Assembly (NCBI GenBank): GCA_039028615.1
Contig: JBCCHT010000032.1
Location: 83,057 to 147,056, forward strand
Length of the DNA: 64,000 nt
Source of the DNA: Myxococcota bacterium
GTDB lineage: Bacteria; Myxococcota_A; Polyangia; Nannocystales; Nannocystaceae
Reading direction: 5' to 3'
Shown here in pieces: positions 37,185-47,097 of this stretch (positions are counted from its first letter, which is position 1; each line of letters starts with the position of its first letter). Under the pieces are notes generated by a model. It had not been told where the DNA came from, did not search any database, and saw nothing but the letters and a program-made list of their open reading frames with translations. The position numbers and the translations under genes are program-made.

Positions 37185-38843
37185 ATGAATCTCCAGAGCC
37201 CCTCCCTGCTCATCGCTCCCCTCGCTCTTTGCTCACTCTTCATTGCCACCTCGGCCCACGCCGGTGACACCCACGGCCCAACTTTTTCCGACGAATCCAC
37301 CCTCCTCGATTTCGAACGCGTCGACGACCTCGCCTCCGCCAAGCTCGGCGGTGTCGCGTGGATGGACTACGACGACGACGGTGACCTCGACCTGTACCTC
37401 GTCAACTCGCCCGGCGGCGACAATGGCCTGTACCGCAACGACAACGGCTCGTTCACCGACGTGGCCGACGAAGCGGGAGTGACCGGCGATGGCCTCGGCT
37501 ACACCGGGGCGCTCGCGGGCGACATCGACAACGACGGCTGCACCGATCTGTTCATCACCGGGGCGGGGGCGTTCTTCGGCATCTCCATCCCCCATCGCCT
37601 CTACATGAACAACTGCGACGGGACCTTCACCGACGCGACCGCGACCTCGGGCATCGACCCCATGCACCTGGGCATGATGGCCACCTTCGGTGACATCGAC
37701 GACGACGGCTATCTCGACCTGTTCGTCGCGAGCCCGGGCAACTTCAGTACCGGCGTCCTGACCACCCAGAAGCTCTACCGCAACAACGGCGACGGCTCCT
37801 TCCAGGACATCAGCTCCAGCGCGGGCATTGCCACCGCCGAGGGGGCCTGCGTCGCTGCGTTCTCCGACTTCAACGACGACGGCTGGTCCGACATCCTCGT
37901 CGGCAGCTGCAACGCGCTCGACACCTCGGGAGACGCACCCGCGCCCATCCCCGGCCCCTGGGAGCTGTGGATCAACCAGGGCGACATGCGCTTCATCGAC
38001 ATGGCCGATGAAGCGGGCCTGAACGAGCACGAGGGCTTCCCCATGGCCATCGCGCTGAGCGACTACGACCGCGACGGCGACATCGACATCTTCTCCACCG
38101 GGGCCGGCGTGGCCAATCCCTTCGGGGCCGAGGGCAACCTCAGCGAGCAGGTCCTGTTCGAGAACAACGGCGACGGCACCTACAGCGAGGTGACCGCGGA
38201 GGTCGGGCTGTCGGGCTTCGAGTTCGGCTGGGGGGCGACCTTCGCCGACTTCGACAACGACATGGACGACGATCTGGTGAAGGTCGGCAGCGTGGCGGTC
38301 TCGTTCATGCAGCTACTCGGCGACCTGGCGAGCCCCGGGCGCGTGTTCGTCAACGACGGCTCCGGCAACATGAGCGCAGAGCTCGACTTCGGTTTGCAGT
38401 TCCAGGCCACCTCCGGCCTCGGCGTGGCCGACTACGACCTCGACGGCTACCCCGACATCGTCATCCAGAAGACGGCCTACGCGCTCACCGACACGCCCTT
38501 CGGCACCATCGCGGGGGACGGGCGCCCGGTGCTGCTGCGCAACGACGGCGGCTACAACCGCTCCGTCACCGTGCGGCTCGTGGGCGAGCAGAGCAACGCG
38601 ATGGGCATCGGGGCGCGGGTCACCGCGCACCTGACCGGGCGAGACCCGCAGACCCGCGAGGTCTTGGCCGGCTCGAGCTTCGCTTCGACCGACAGCCCCT
38701 GGCTCACCTTCGGCATCGGCGGCCTGCACTGGGCGGCGGTCGAGGTCGAGTGGCCGTCGGGGCAGCACGAGTACTTCATCGTCACCATCTATGGCGACCA
38801 GGTGACCGACCTCGAGGAAGGTACCGGGATCGCTCTTCAGTAG
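37185..38843 (+). CDS. CRTAC1-like secreted protein (VCBS repeats plus ASPIC/UnbV domain)
   Basis: Signal peptide AHA; DYDDDGDLDLY-type repeats; SNAMGIGARV...FGIG...VEWPSG. Confidence 0.92.
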   Translation: MNLQSPSLLIAPLALCSLFIATSAHAGDTHGPTFSDESTLLDFERVDDLASAKLGGVAWMDYDDDGDLDLYLVNSPGGDNGLYRNDNGSFTDVADEAGVTGDGLGYTGALAGDIDNDGCTDLFITGAGAFFGISIPHRLYMNNCDGTFTDATATSGIDPMHLGMMATFGDIDDDGYLDLFVASPGNFSTGVLTTQKLYRNNGDGSFQDISSSAGIATAEGACVAAFSDFNDDGWSDILVGSCNALDTSGDAPAPIPGPWELWINQGDMRFIDMADEAGLNEHEGFPMAIALSDYDRDGDIDIFSTGAGVANPFGAEGNLSEQVLFENNGDGTYSEVTAEVGLSGFEFGWGATFADFDNDMDDDLVKVGSVAVSFMQLLGDLASPGRVFVNDGSGNMSAELDFGLQFQATSGLGVADYDLDGYPDIVIQKTAYALTDTPFGTIAGDGRPVLLRNDGGYNRSVTVRLVGEQSNAMGIGARVTAHLTGRDPQTREVLAGSSFASTDSPWLTFGIGGLHWAAVEVEWPSGQHEYFIVTIYGDQVTDLEEGTGIALQ

Positions 38844-38855
38844 GGGAAGTGCACT

Positions 38856-38908
38856 CCTTCGGCGGGGCGCGGGCGTATCGGGTGGAATGACCCGCGCCCC
38901 GTCGAAGG
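38856..38908. terminator. 18-bp stem-loop between convergent genes
   Basis: ccttcggcggggcgcggg ... cccgcgccccgtcgaagg with one G-T pair. Confidence 0.65.
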
Positions 38909-38997
38909 TTGGGCCTTCTCACTGAGCTTGAACGGGTTCGTCGCCGCCTAGGATGGGCGAGGCGGGCCCGGTTTCGTTGGTTGGCTCGCGCGACGCC

Positions 38998-40593
38998 CTA
39001 GGGGGCGGTGCGGGCCATGTTGCGCCGTACGAACTCGTAGAGCTCTTGGCGTCGGAAGGGCTTGAGCAGGCACGGGGGGCCTTCGCTCTCTTCTCCCGCG
39101 GCCGTGCCCTGCAGGCGCGGACCCCCGCCGGTCACGTAGACGACGCGGGAGGCGAGTTCGGGGCGCGCGGTGCTGATCCAGCCGTAGAGTTCTTCGCCAG
39201 ACTCGCCCGGCATCATGAGGTCGCAGAGCACCAGGTCGTAGTTGGTCTTGGACGAGAGCAGGCCGCGGGCCTCGGCCGCGGACTCGGCCACGTCGACCTC
39301 GCCGAAGCGGCGCAGCATGGCCTGGAGGCCGCGGCGGATCTCGGGCTCGTCTTCGACCACCAGCAGGCGGGCGGTCGCGGCCGCTTCGCGCTTGCTCGGC
39401 GAGAACACCCGGGGCTGGGGCACATCCGCGGTGTCGGGGGCTTGGGCGGCCGGGGCGGGGGCGGTGGCTTCGGCCGGCTCGGCCGTGTCGGCGGGCAGCC
39501 GCACGGTGAAGCGCGTGCCCTGCTCGGAGTCGGAGTCGCAGTCGAAATCGAGCTCACCGTCGAGCTCGGCCACGTAGTTGTGGCACACGGCCAGGCCCAG
39601 ACCCGCGCCGTGCCCGGCCGGCTTGCTGGTCACGAAGGGCTCGAAGATCTGGTCCCGAATCGCGACGTCGATGCCTCGACCCGTATCCCAGACGTTGATG
39701 TAGACCCAGGAGCCTTCCAGCCAGGTCTCGATCCCGATGGCGGGATTGGCCTGCCCCGGCTCCAGCGCGTGCGCGGCATTGACGAGCAGGTTGTAGAGCA
39801 CCTGCACCAGGCGCGAGGGGTTGGCCCGCACCGAGGGCACGGGCTCGAGCGAGGTGTGCACGCGGACCAGGGCGGCCAGCTCGGGGCGGGCCATCTCGAG
39901 CGCATTGCGGACCGCTCGGTTGACGTCCACCGGATCGCGGCGGCCATGGTCGCGGTCGTAGCTGCTCAGCCCGCGCACGATGTCGCGGACGCGCTCGGCC
40001 CCCTGCCGGGTCTTGTGCAGCAGCTCGCCGAGCTGAGGATCGGGGTTGGTGCGCTCGAGGTCCCGCGTGAGCTGGTCGAGGCACATGAACATGTAGGTCA
40101 GCGGGTTGCCGATCTCATGGGCCACGCCCGCCGCCAGGGTCTGCACCGCGCCGATCCGCTCGGGCGTGCGGGCCATCTCTTGGGTCGTGGGGCGCGGGGT
40201 GGTGATGGTGGCGGTGGTCAGGCCGGGGCTGGGCGCGATGCTGAGCTGGGCCCGCCACGAACCCCGACTCGTATCGGAGACGGAGATGGCCAGCTGGGCG
40301 GGCAGCATGCGGCCGTCGGCCAGCACCAGCTCGCTCGACCAGGCGGTGCTCGAACCATCGCGATGGGCTCGGTCCAGACGGACCAGCACTTCTTGTGCGG
40401 CCGCGGCTCCCAAGCACGTCGCCAGCGAGCACGCCTTGGGGTGCCCGAGCTGATCGCGGGCGGCCGCGTTGGCATGGCGAAGTCGTCCGCGCGAGTCGAG
40501 TTCGAGCAGCGGAAATGGAACCGTTTCCCGAGCATCATCGAACGGTGCGGCCACGATGGGCTCGCTACGTTCGGAGGCAGGAGAAACGTTCAT
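38998..40593 (-). CDS. Cytoplasmic hybrid histidine kinase (PAS-like, HisKA, HATPase, REC)
   Basis: AHEIGNP H-box, NLLVNA, DTGRG, FVTSK, GAGLGL; VEDE, CDLMMP, KPF in the receiver domain. Confidence 0.93.
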   Translation of the reverse strand: MNVSPASERSEPIVAAPFDDARETVPFPLLELDSRGRLRHANAAARDQLGHPKACSLATCLGAAAAQEVLVRLDRAHRDGSSTAWSSELVLADGRMLPAQLAISVSDTSRGSWRAQLSIAPSPGLTTATITTPRPTTQEMARTPERIGAVQTLAAGVAHEIGNPLTYMFMCLDQLTRDLERTNPDPQLGELLHKTRQGAERVRDIVRGLSSYDRDHGRRDPVDVNRAVRNALEMARPELAALVRVHTSLEPVPSVRANPSRLVQVLYNLLVNAAHALEPGQANPAIGIETWLEGSWVYINVWDTGRGIDVAIRDQIFEPFVTSKPAGHGAGLGLAVCHNYVAELDGELDFDCDSDSEQGTRFTVRLPADTAEPAEATAPAPAAQAPDTADVPQPRVFSPSKREAAATARLLVVEDEPEIRRGLQAMLRRFGEVDVAESAAEARGLLSSKTNYDLVLCDLMMPGESGEELYGWISTARPELASRVVYVTGGGPRLQGTAAGEESEGPPCLLKPFRRQELYEFVRRNMARTAP

Positions 40594-40767
40594 GAACTAG
40601 TTCGTACTCGGCAAAAACGACGCGGTAAAGTGCGGTGCCCGCTGTCGCCCGAATCGGGACGCAGCGAACACACGAAGATCCCCGGAGCGTTCAGTTGGCT
40701 CCAAAACTGGCGAATTCGGACGATTTCACCGTCATCGTTCGAACGATCGAAAGGGGCTCACCTTGGC

Positions 40768-42306
40768 CTACAGGCAGATTGCACCGCAGTCGTCGATCGC
40801 TCGTGTGACGCAGCCCGCATCCCATTCGTCCGTGCAACAAAATGCATCGAGGGTACACACACATACTTCGATCGCGACGTCTTCACAGCCGGGGTCGGGC
40901 CCGAGGTCGCAGCAGTCGCCCGCGTCCTCGGTTTCTTCGACGGTCAAGGTGTAGGTGCCCGATGCGTTGGCGCCATCGACGACGACCATCACCACTTGGC
41001 CCGCGGAAAGCAGTGCCGAAACCGCAGCCGCGGGTCCGCCGGCGTCGTCGTTGCAGCGCAGCTCTTCGCCCATGCAGGTCTCGTCGAGCAGGTACACCAC
41101 GGTGTCGAAGCCGGAGCCGCTGGTGTCGAAGCGATAGATGCCGTCCTGGGGAACCTGCCACTGGTACGCGTAGTCGGGGCTGCCCAGCCCGCCGCAGCTG
41201 CCTGCGGTGGCTTCGTCGGTCATCGCGGTGGTGCCCATGACCATGAACGGCACCGCGAGAGCGCCGAGGTCTTCATCGGGGCAGGCGCCGTCGAGTCGAT
41301 CGACGGTCAGCGTGTACTCGCCCTCGTCGTCCAAGTAGCCCTCGACCACGGCGGTGACCGCCTGACCCGAACGCAGCGGGAGGGCGAGCCCCGAGTGCCC
41401 GTCGAAGGCGCCCGGGCGGTCGCCATTGCACGCGAGCACGGTCCCGTCGCACTCGCCGTCGAGGATGCCGAGGGTGGTGTCGAAGTCGCTGCCCGCAGTG
41501 TCGAAGCGGTAGATGCCATCGCTGGGGGCGGTGAACACATGGGCCTGGTCGGCCTCGTCCATCGTGCCGCAGGGCAGCTCGAAGCGATCGGTCGCGAGCA
41601 GGGTCTGGCCCGTCGCGGTGTCGGGGAGCGCAGGTCCCAGCGTGGTGGCGGGGCACTGCACCGAGCCTTCGCGGACGGTCAGGGTGACCGGGCCGCCCTC
41701 GATGCCGAACGCGTCGACCACCACCGTGACCGGCTGTCCGCCGGGCAAGGGCAGGCTGAGCAGCGACGTGTTGGCACCCGCGATGCCGTCGTCGTCGCAG
41801 GCGAGCTCGCGGCCCTCGCAGGTCCCGTCGAGCACGTAGAGCACGGTGTCGATCTCCGAGCCCTCCGTATCGAAGATGTACTCGCCGTCGCGCGGCGGCG
41901 TGAATGTGAACGCCACCTCCGGGGCCGAGCCTCCGCCGCAGGCGCTACCGAGCTCGTCGCGCTGCACCAGGGTGTTCGCCTCGATGCTCGAGGGCAAGGG
42001 GGCAGCGGGCAAGGTCGCCGCGGGACAGGGCATGTGTCCCGGGCCCCCGGTCGAGCTGCCGGTCGATGATTCGCTGCCCGTCGACACGGCGCTCGTGGTG
42101 GAGTCGGCGGCCGGGGGCGGGCCCGAGTCCTCCGTGGTCATCGGCGTCGGGGGGTCGCTCGGGCCCGAGGGCATCGAGCCCGTGCTGCCGATCGACGGGC
42201 TCGGCTCGAACGACTCGAAGCACGCCACGTCGACGCTGACGAGCAGGGCGAGGGCGCCGCTTCGTCGCCACGGGGTCCGCTGCATCATCGCCGTCGAGTG
42301 TCGCAT
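40768..42306 (-). CDS. Lipoprotein with three PPC-like repeats and a C-terminal Cys-rich motif
   Basis: VAC lipobox; three DGxYxFDTxGSxFDTxLxxLDxxCxGxELxCND units; VCTLDAFCCTDEWDAGC. Confidence 0.8.
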   Translation of the reverse strand: MRHSTAMMQRTPWRRSGALALLVSVDVACFESFEPSPSIGSTGSMPSGPSDPPTPMTTEDSGPPPAADSTTSAVSTGSESSTGSSTGGPGHMPCPAATLPAAPLPSSIEANTLVQRDELGSACGGGSAPEVAFTFTPPRDGEYIFDTEGSEIDTVLYVLDGTCEGRELACDDDGIAGANTSLLSLPLPGGQPVTVVVDAFGIEGGPVTLTVREGSVQCPATTLGPALPDTATGQTLLATDRFELPCGTMDEADQAHVFTAPSDGIYRFDTAGSDFDTTLGILDGECDGTVLACNGDRPGAFDGHSGLALPLRSGQAVTAVVEGYLDDEGEYTLTVDRLDGACPDEDLGALAVPFMVMGTTAMTDEATAGSCGGLGSPDYAYQWQVPQDGIYRFDTSGSGFDTVVYLLDETCMGEELRCNDDAGGPAAAVSALLSAGQVVMVVVDGANASGTYTLTVEETEDAGDCCDLGPDPGCEDVAIEVCVCTLDAFCCTDEWDAGCVTRAIDDCGAICL

Positions 42307-42332
42307 GCCCGGCGGCGCTCGGTCGCGTCCGT

Positions 42333-43427
42333 TCAGCCCTGGGCGGCCGCCCAGGCTTCGGCCATGGCCGCCGCCGCCACGCGGCGAACTGGGGCCTGCA
42401 GTAGCTGGATCAACACGGCGAGCAGGGCGGTGGGGTCCGTGGGCAGGTAGCCCACGACGGCGGCGTGGAGCTCGAAGGCGCCGCCTCGGAACGCCACCAG
42501 CTCATCGCCCGTGTCCCCCCAGCGCAACGAGACTCGGTCGAGCGTCTCGCGAACGGCTGGCTGCAGCAGTCGCGGCGCCTGGGCACAGAGCACCTGAGCG
42601 AGGACCGGCAAGATCGGGTCCGGCAGCGGCTGGCCCACCAGATCGGCGGGCGCGGGGGGCAACGAACCCGGCTCCCCCTCGACCCGACCCTGCGGACCGA
42701 CGCGAGCGATGTCGGCCATGGCCTCGGAGCCGACCACGACTTGCGCCACCGCGACGCCGTCGACCATGGTCAGCCGTCGCGGCCCGATGCCGTCGCGATC
42801 GAAGGCCCGGCCGTCGACGTACACCCGCTCGAGTCCGTCGCGACGTTGAAGGCACACGCGTGGGCTCGCCCACGTCCACGTGTGCGGCTGGGGGACGAAC
42901 GCGACGTCGATGGGCCCGCGGGTCCCCGCGAGCGCACGCGCCTCGGCATCGGCCATGAATCGAGCGCGGGCCTGCGCGGGGTCCTCGTCGACACGGAAGC
43001 TGGACTGGAGCGAGGCCCACAGCGCCTCGCTGGGGTACGGCCCGTGGTAGCGCAGCGGCCCGGTCGTCGCGCGCTGGGCCTGCCACGCCAGCAGGTTCAA
43101 GATCGCGGTCCCCGCTCCGCGTGGGAGGGCGGCGGGACGATCGAGGGCGGGGATCTGCTGCGGACGGCGCCAGTCGATGGCCGACGCATGAGCCAGGACT
43201 TCACCCTCCGCGTCGAGCACGACATCGCAGCGCCCCAGCACCGGGTGGGTGGTCGCGTCGGGCACCAGCGTCACTTCGCGGTGCTCCGGCGTGCGCACGA
43301 CCAGCCGCCATGCGTCGCCGTCCTGCGTGCGATGGACGAGCACCGTGCCGTCCTCGCTCGTGATGCGTCGCGGCAGGCCGTCGTCGGTGTCCCACTGCAA
43401 ACCGGTCGTCGGGGGCGTCGAGGCCAT
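42333..43427 (-). CDS. Hypothetical protein
   Basis: 364 aa ORF with normal composition; fills the gap between neighbours. Confidence 0.7.
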   Translation of the reverse strand: MASTPPTTGLQWDTDDGLPRRITSEDGTVLVHRTQDGDAWRLVVRTPEHREVTLVPDATTHPVLGRCDVVLDAEGEVLAHASAIDWRRPQQIPALDRPAALPRGAGTAILNLLAWQAQRATTGPLRYHGPYPSEALWASLQSSFRVDEDPAQARARFMADAEARALAGTRGPIDVAFVPQPHTWTWASPRVCLQRRDGLERVYVDGRAFDRDGIGPRRLTMVDGVAVAQVVVGSEAMADIARVGPQGRVEGEPGSLPPAPADLVGQPLPDPILPVLAQVLCAQAPRLLQPAVRETLDRVSLRWGDTGDELVAFRGGAFELHAAVVGYLPTDPTALLAVLIQLLQAPVRRVAAAAMAEAWAAAQG

Positions 43428-43461
43428 GCACCGCGAGGGTAGCAGGTGCTATACGAGGCCC

Positions 43462-45156
43462 GTGCTCGACACCGAGACGCAGCTGCTGGCGGTGGTTCAT
43501 CGCCTGGTCGACGACGAACAGCTCCCCGCCGAGCTCCTCGGTCTCGGCGATGCCGCGGCCGTGCTCGCCATGTCCGACGGGAGCCTGGCTGCGATCTTCA
43601 CGCCCGCGTTCGGTTCAGCCGAGAGCATCGGCGCCAAGCTTCGGGCCATCGTCGACGACCATCCCGGCACGCACCTCAAGCTCGTGATCCTCGGAGGCGA
43701 TGCCTCGCTGCGGGAGCACATGCCGAGCGCGGGGGGCATGCTCTCGCGGCGGGCGGTGCAGCTGTTTCACTGCGAGGTCGCGTCGCCCGGCGCCGAGCCT
43801 TCGCTATGGGTCGGCGGCGGGGCGCGAGCCGACTCGCCGCTGGGTCGGGTGCTCGAGGCGGCCAACCAAGGGCAGCTTCCCTCGGCCGAGCGCGACGCGT
43901 TGGCGGCCCGTGTGCGCAAGGTCGACGTGACCCCCGAGCAGCGGGCCGAGATCGAGGAGCACCGCGCGTTCGTCACCCACCTCAAAGGTCGCCCCGCGGT
44001 CACCTGGCTGCTGCTCGGCATCATCGCCGTCATCTTCGGCCTCGAAGAGATCTGGGGCGGCAGCGAGTCCATCCCCACCTTGGTGGGCATGGGGGGCAAC
44101 TCGTCCGGCACCCTCGCGGGCGAGCCCTGGCGCTTGCTGTCGTCCGCCTTCCTGCACGCCGGGTTCCTCCATGTGGCGGTCAACGGCTTCGTCTTGCTCG
44201 TCTTGGGCGGTTTCCTCGAGAAGCTGCTCGGTGGGGGTCGCTACGTCGTCTTGCTCGTCGTCGCTGCGCTCGGGGGGAGCCTCGCCAGTTCGCTGCTGTC
44301 CTCGGCCGTCGTCGCCGTGGGCGCCTCGGGGGCCATCTGGGGCGTGCTCGGGGCTGCGGCCGCGCTGGCCTGGCGTCCCGGGACCGTCATTCCCAAGGCC
44401 GTCGTCGCTCCGCTGCGTCGCAACGCCGTCGTCAACCTGGTGCTCAACCTGTGCGTCTCGTTTCTGCCCCAGGTCGACATCTGGGCGCACCTGGGCGGAG
44501 GCATCGCGGGGGCGCTGCTCGTGCTCAGCGGGTTGTTGGTCTACGAGCTGCGAACGCCCGGCGATACCGAGACCCCGCCGGGCCCGAGCGAGCCCCGGTG
44601 GCGCGCGGCGGGGGCCGGGTTCGGGGTCATCGCCCTGGCGTGTGTCGCCATCGCGTGGTCCGTCGATCGTCCCTGGCGGTTGGGAGGCGAGCCCACACTC
44701 GTCACCCGAGACTTCGGCCACGGCGTCACCCTCACCGTCCCCGAGTCGCTCGGCGAGCCCGTCTCCATCCCCGCCAACACGGGCGGCGAGGCCTGGCAGG
44801 TCGGTGACATCGAGCGTGCGCCCGTCTCGTTCGTCGTCGATGTCTCGGTCCACGGCCTCGACGCGGCCAGCCTCGCCGACTTGGTGAAGACCTACGAACA
44901 CGGCGGCCCCCAAACGCCGCCCGAAGTCGAGGTCCTACGCGAGTGGGAACGGGACCCCGACGCCGCCGCGCCGACCTTCGGTGTGCTCTACGCCTACGCC
45001 AACGGCCTGCGCAGCGGCATGTGGATCCAAGTCCGCGAAGACGTCCTCATCCGAGTCGAGCACGTGACCTGGCCCGGCACCTCCCCCGGCTGGTCCCGCG
45101 CCCTCGACCGCGCCCACGACGACCTGCTCGAAGCGCCCGCCGCCGCCGACCCGTAG
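43462..45156 (+). CDS. Rhomboid family intramembrane serine protease
   Basis: WRLLSSAFLH, HVAVN, GASG catalytic Ser, AHLGG catalytic His. Start GTG at 43462. Confidence 0.92.
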   Translation: MLDTETQLLAVVHRLVDDEQLPAELLGLGDAAAVLAMSDGSLAAIFTPAFGSAESIGAKLRAIVDDHPGTHLKLVILGGDASLREHMPSAGGMLSRRAVQLFHCEVASPGAEPSLWVGGGARADSPLGRVLEAANQGQLPSAERDALAARVRKVDVTPEQRAEIEEHRAFVTHLKGRPAVTWLLLGIIAVIFGLEEIWGGSESIPTLVGMGGNSSGTLAGEPWRLLSSAFLHAGFLHVAVNGFVLLVLGGFLEKLLGGGRYVVLLVVAALGGSLASSLLSSAVVAVGASGAIWGVLGAAAALAWRPGTVIPKAVVAPLRRNAVVNLVLNLCVSFLPQVDIWAHLGGGIAGALLVLSGLLVYELRTPGDTETPPGPSEPRWRAAGAGFGVIALACVAIAWSVDRPWRLGGEPTLVTRDFGHGVTLTVPESLGEPVSIPANTGGEAWQVGDIERAPVSFVVDVSVHGLDAASLADLVKTYEHGGPQTPPEVEVLREWERDPDAAAPTFGVLYAYANGLRSGMWIQVREDVLIRVEHVTWPGTSPGWSRALDRAHDDLLEAPAAADP

Positions 45157-45162
45157 CGCGAC

Positions 45163-46944
45163 CTACGGCGGGGAGCCGAAGTTCTGGGTCCAGTAGTGGG
45201 TGTAGCTGCTGCCGGGGGCGTTGTAGTAACCGACGCCCAGCTCTTCGAAGGCGGGGTTCATGATGTTGGCGCAGTGCCCGTCGCTGTTGAGCCAACCGTT
45301 GACCACGTTCGCGGGGGAGTTTTGGCCCGCGGCGATGTTCTCCCCCCAAGTGGACCAGCTGTACTCGGCGTAGCCGATGCGGACGCCGGGGCCTTCGCCG
45401 GCCAAGTTGGTGTGGGAGAAGTAGTCGTTGTCGCCCATGTCCAGGGAGTGGTTACGGGCGGCACAGGTCAGGTTGCCGTTGTAGGACAGCGGGGTGGTGG
45501 CGGCGAAGTTGCCCTCGCTGCCGCAGTCGGTCGGCGTGTCGCGAGCGTCGTTGACGAGCGAGAGAACTTGGAGCTCGAAGGCGGTCCAGCCGGGATCCCA
45601 GCCCGCGACCTGATCGCAGTAGGGGTTGCTCGGGAAGCCGTCGCCCGCCTGCACTTCGCACTGGTTGTTGCAGGCGTCGTTGTCGTTGTTGTTGCCGTCG
45701 TCGCACTCTTCACCCGGTTGGGTGAAGCCGTCGCCGCAGGCCGCGTTTTCGCAGGCGTTGGTGCAGGAGTCGAGGCTGGAGCCGTTGCCGTCGTCGCACT
45801 CTTCGCCGGGGCCGTTGTAGCCGTCGCCGCAGACGTTGTGGGTGCACTCGGGGGTGCATGACTGCCCCGGTCCGTTGCCGTTGCCGTCGTCGCACTCTTC
45901 TTGGCCCGACCACACGAGGCCATCGCCGCACTCGGCGTCTTCACAGCTGCTGGTGCAGGCGGCGGAGTCTCCGTTGCCGGGGCCGTTGTCGCACTCCTCG
46001 CCCTCGCTCGGCTGCTCGATGCCGTCGCCGCAGACGGGGAGCAGGCACTGGTCGGTGCAGCCGTCGTCGTCGTCGCCGTTCTGGCCGTCGTCGCATTCTT
46101 CGATGCCTTCGACGACTCCGTTGCCGCAGCTCTCGAGCGCGCAGTCGGGGCTGCAGCCGTCACCCGCGTTGTCGTTGCCGTCGTCGCAGGCTTCGCTGGG
46201 GCCGGTGAAGCCGTCGCCGCAGACGTTGAGCACGCAGCCGTCCAGGCACGCCCCGGTGGGTCCGTTGTCGTCGCCCTGGTCGCACTCCTCGTCCCCGCCT
46301 TCGCCGTCGAAGACCAGGCCGTCGCCGCAGGTGGCCGCGACACAGGTCGCGGTGCAGGCGGCGTGGTCGCCGTTGCCGGCTCCGTCGTCGCACTCTTCGC
46401 CTGCTTGCACGATCTCGTCGCCGCACAAGGGCAGGGTGCAGGCGGAGGTGCAGCCGTCGGCATCGTCATCGTTGCCGTCGTCGCACTCTTCGCCCGGGTC
46501 TACGCTGCCGTCGCCGCAGCTGGGCAGCGCGCAGCTGCTGCTACAGGCATCGCCGTCGTCGAGGTCCCCGTCGTCGCAGCCCTCGCCCGGGCCTACGAAG
46601 CCGTCGCCACACACGTTGTCGGTGCAGTCGGACTTGCACGCGGCCGTGTCGGCATTGGCGGGGCCTTGGTCACATTGTTCGTCGTCTTGGACGATGCCGT
46701 CCCCGCAGATGCCGTCCTCACCCGGGATGCCGCTGTCGTCTCCGCCGCTGCCATCCCCGGGGTCGTCGTCATCGTTGCCGCTCACCGAGTCGGTGTCGGT
46801 GCCTCCGCCATCGAGTCCACCACCGTCCATCGGAGCGGCGTCGGTCTCCTCTCCGGCGTAGGGGGGAAGGCCCACGTAGCAGCCGGAAAGCAGGCCGGTT
46901 GCGCCCACGAACACCCATGCATCGAGCTTCGATCGCACTGACAA
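45163..46944 (-). CDS. Lipoprotein with Myxococcus Cys-rich repeats and C-terminal CAP (SCP) domain
   Basis: LSGC; many CGDG..EECDDGN..C repeats; HSLDM..YFSH, GENIAAG, WLNSDGHCANIM, YWTQNF. Confidence 0.92.
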   Translation of the reverse strand: MSVRSKLDAWVFVGATGLLSGCYVGLPPYAGEETDAAPMDGGGLDGGGTDTDSVSGNDDDDPGDGSGGDDSGIPGEDGICGDGIVQDDEQCDQGPANADTAACKSDCTDNVCGDGFVGPGEGCDDGDLDDGDACSSSCALPSCGDGSVDPGEECDDGNDDDADGCTSACTLPLCGDEIVQAGEECDDGAGNGDHAACTATCVAATCGDGLVFDGEGGDEECDQGDDNGPTGACLDGCVLNVCGDGFTGPSEACDDGNDNAGDGCSPDCALESCGNGVVEGIEECDDGQNGDDDDGCTDQCLLPVCGDGIEQPSEGEECDNGPGNGDSAACTSSCEDAECGDGLVWSGQEECDDGNGNGPGQSCTPECTHNVCGDGYNGPGEECDDGNGSSLDSCTNACENAACGDGFTQPGEECDDGNNNDNDACNNQCEVQAGDGFPSNPYCDQVAGWDPGWTAFELQVLSLVNDARDTPTDCGSEGNFAATTPLSYNGNLTCAARNHSLDMGDNDYFSHTNLAGEGPGVRIGYAEYSWSTWGENIAAGQNSPANVVNGWLNSDGHCANIMNPAFEELGVGYYNAPGSSYTHYWTQNFGSPP

Positions 46945-47097
46945 TACCCTCGCTCCGAGAGTGTCGTTGCAGTGGGTCGGGGGGCAAGTGCTAACGAAGT
47001 GCTCGCGCTGACACGCGCGACAGCCTCCGCGTTCGTGGTGGAGTCCTCCCTCGTTACGATCCGCCGCGTTTCGAGCCGAACGTGGCGCACGAAGTTT

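Noticed and set aside
38953..42069. 1038 aa plus-strand ORF
   Set aside because: Antisense to the histidine kinase and the PPC-repeat gene.
45650..46710. Periodic DNA repeats suggesting a CRISPR array
   Set aside because: Degenerate codon-level repeats encoding Myxococcus Cys-rich protein repeats; no cas genes.
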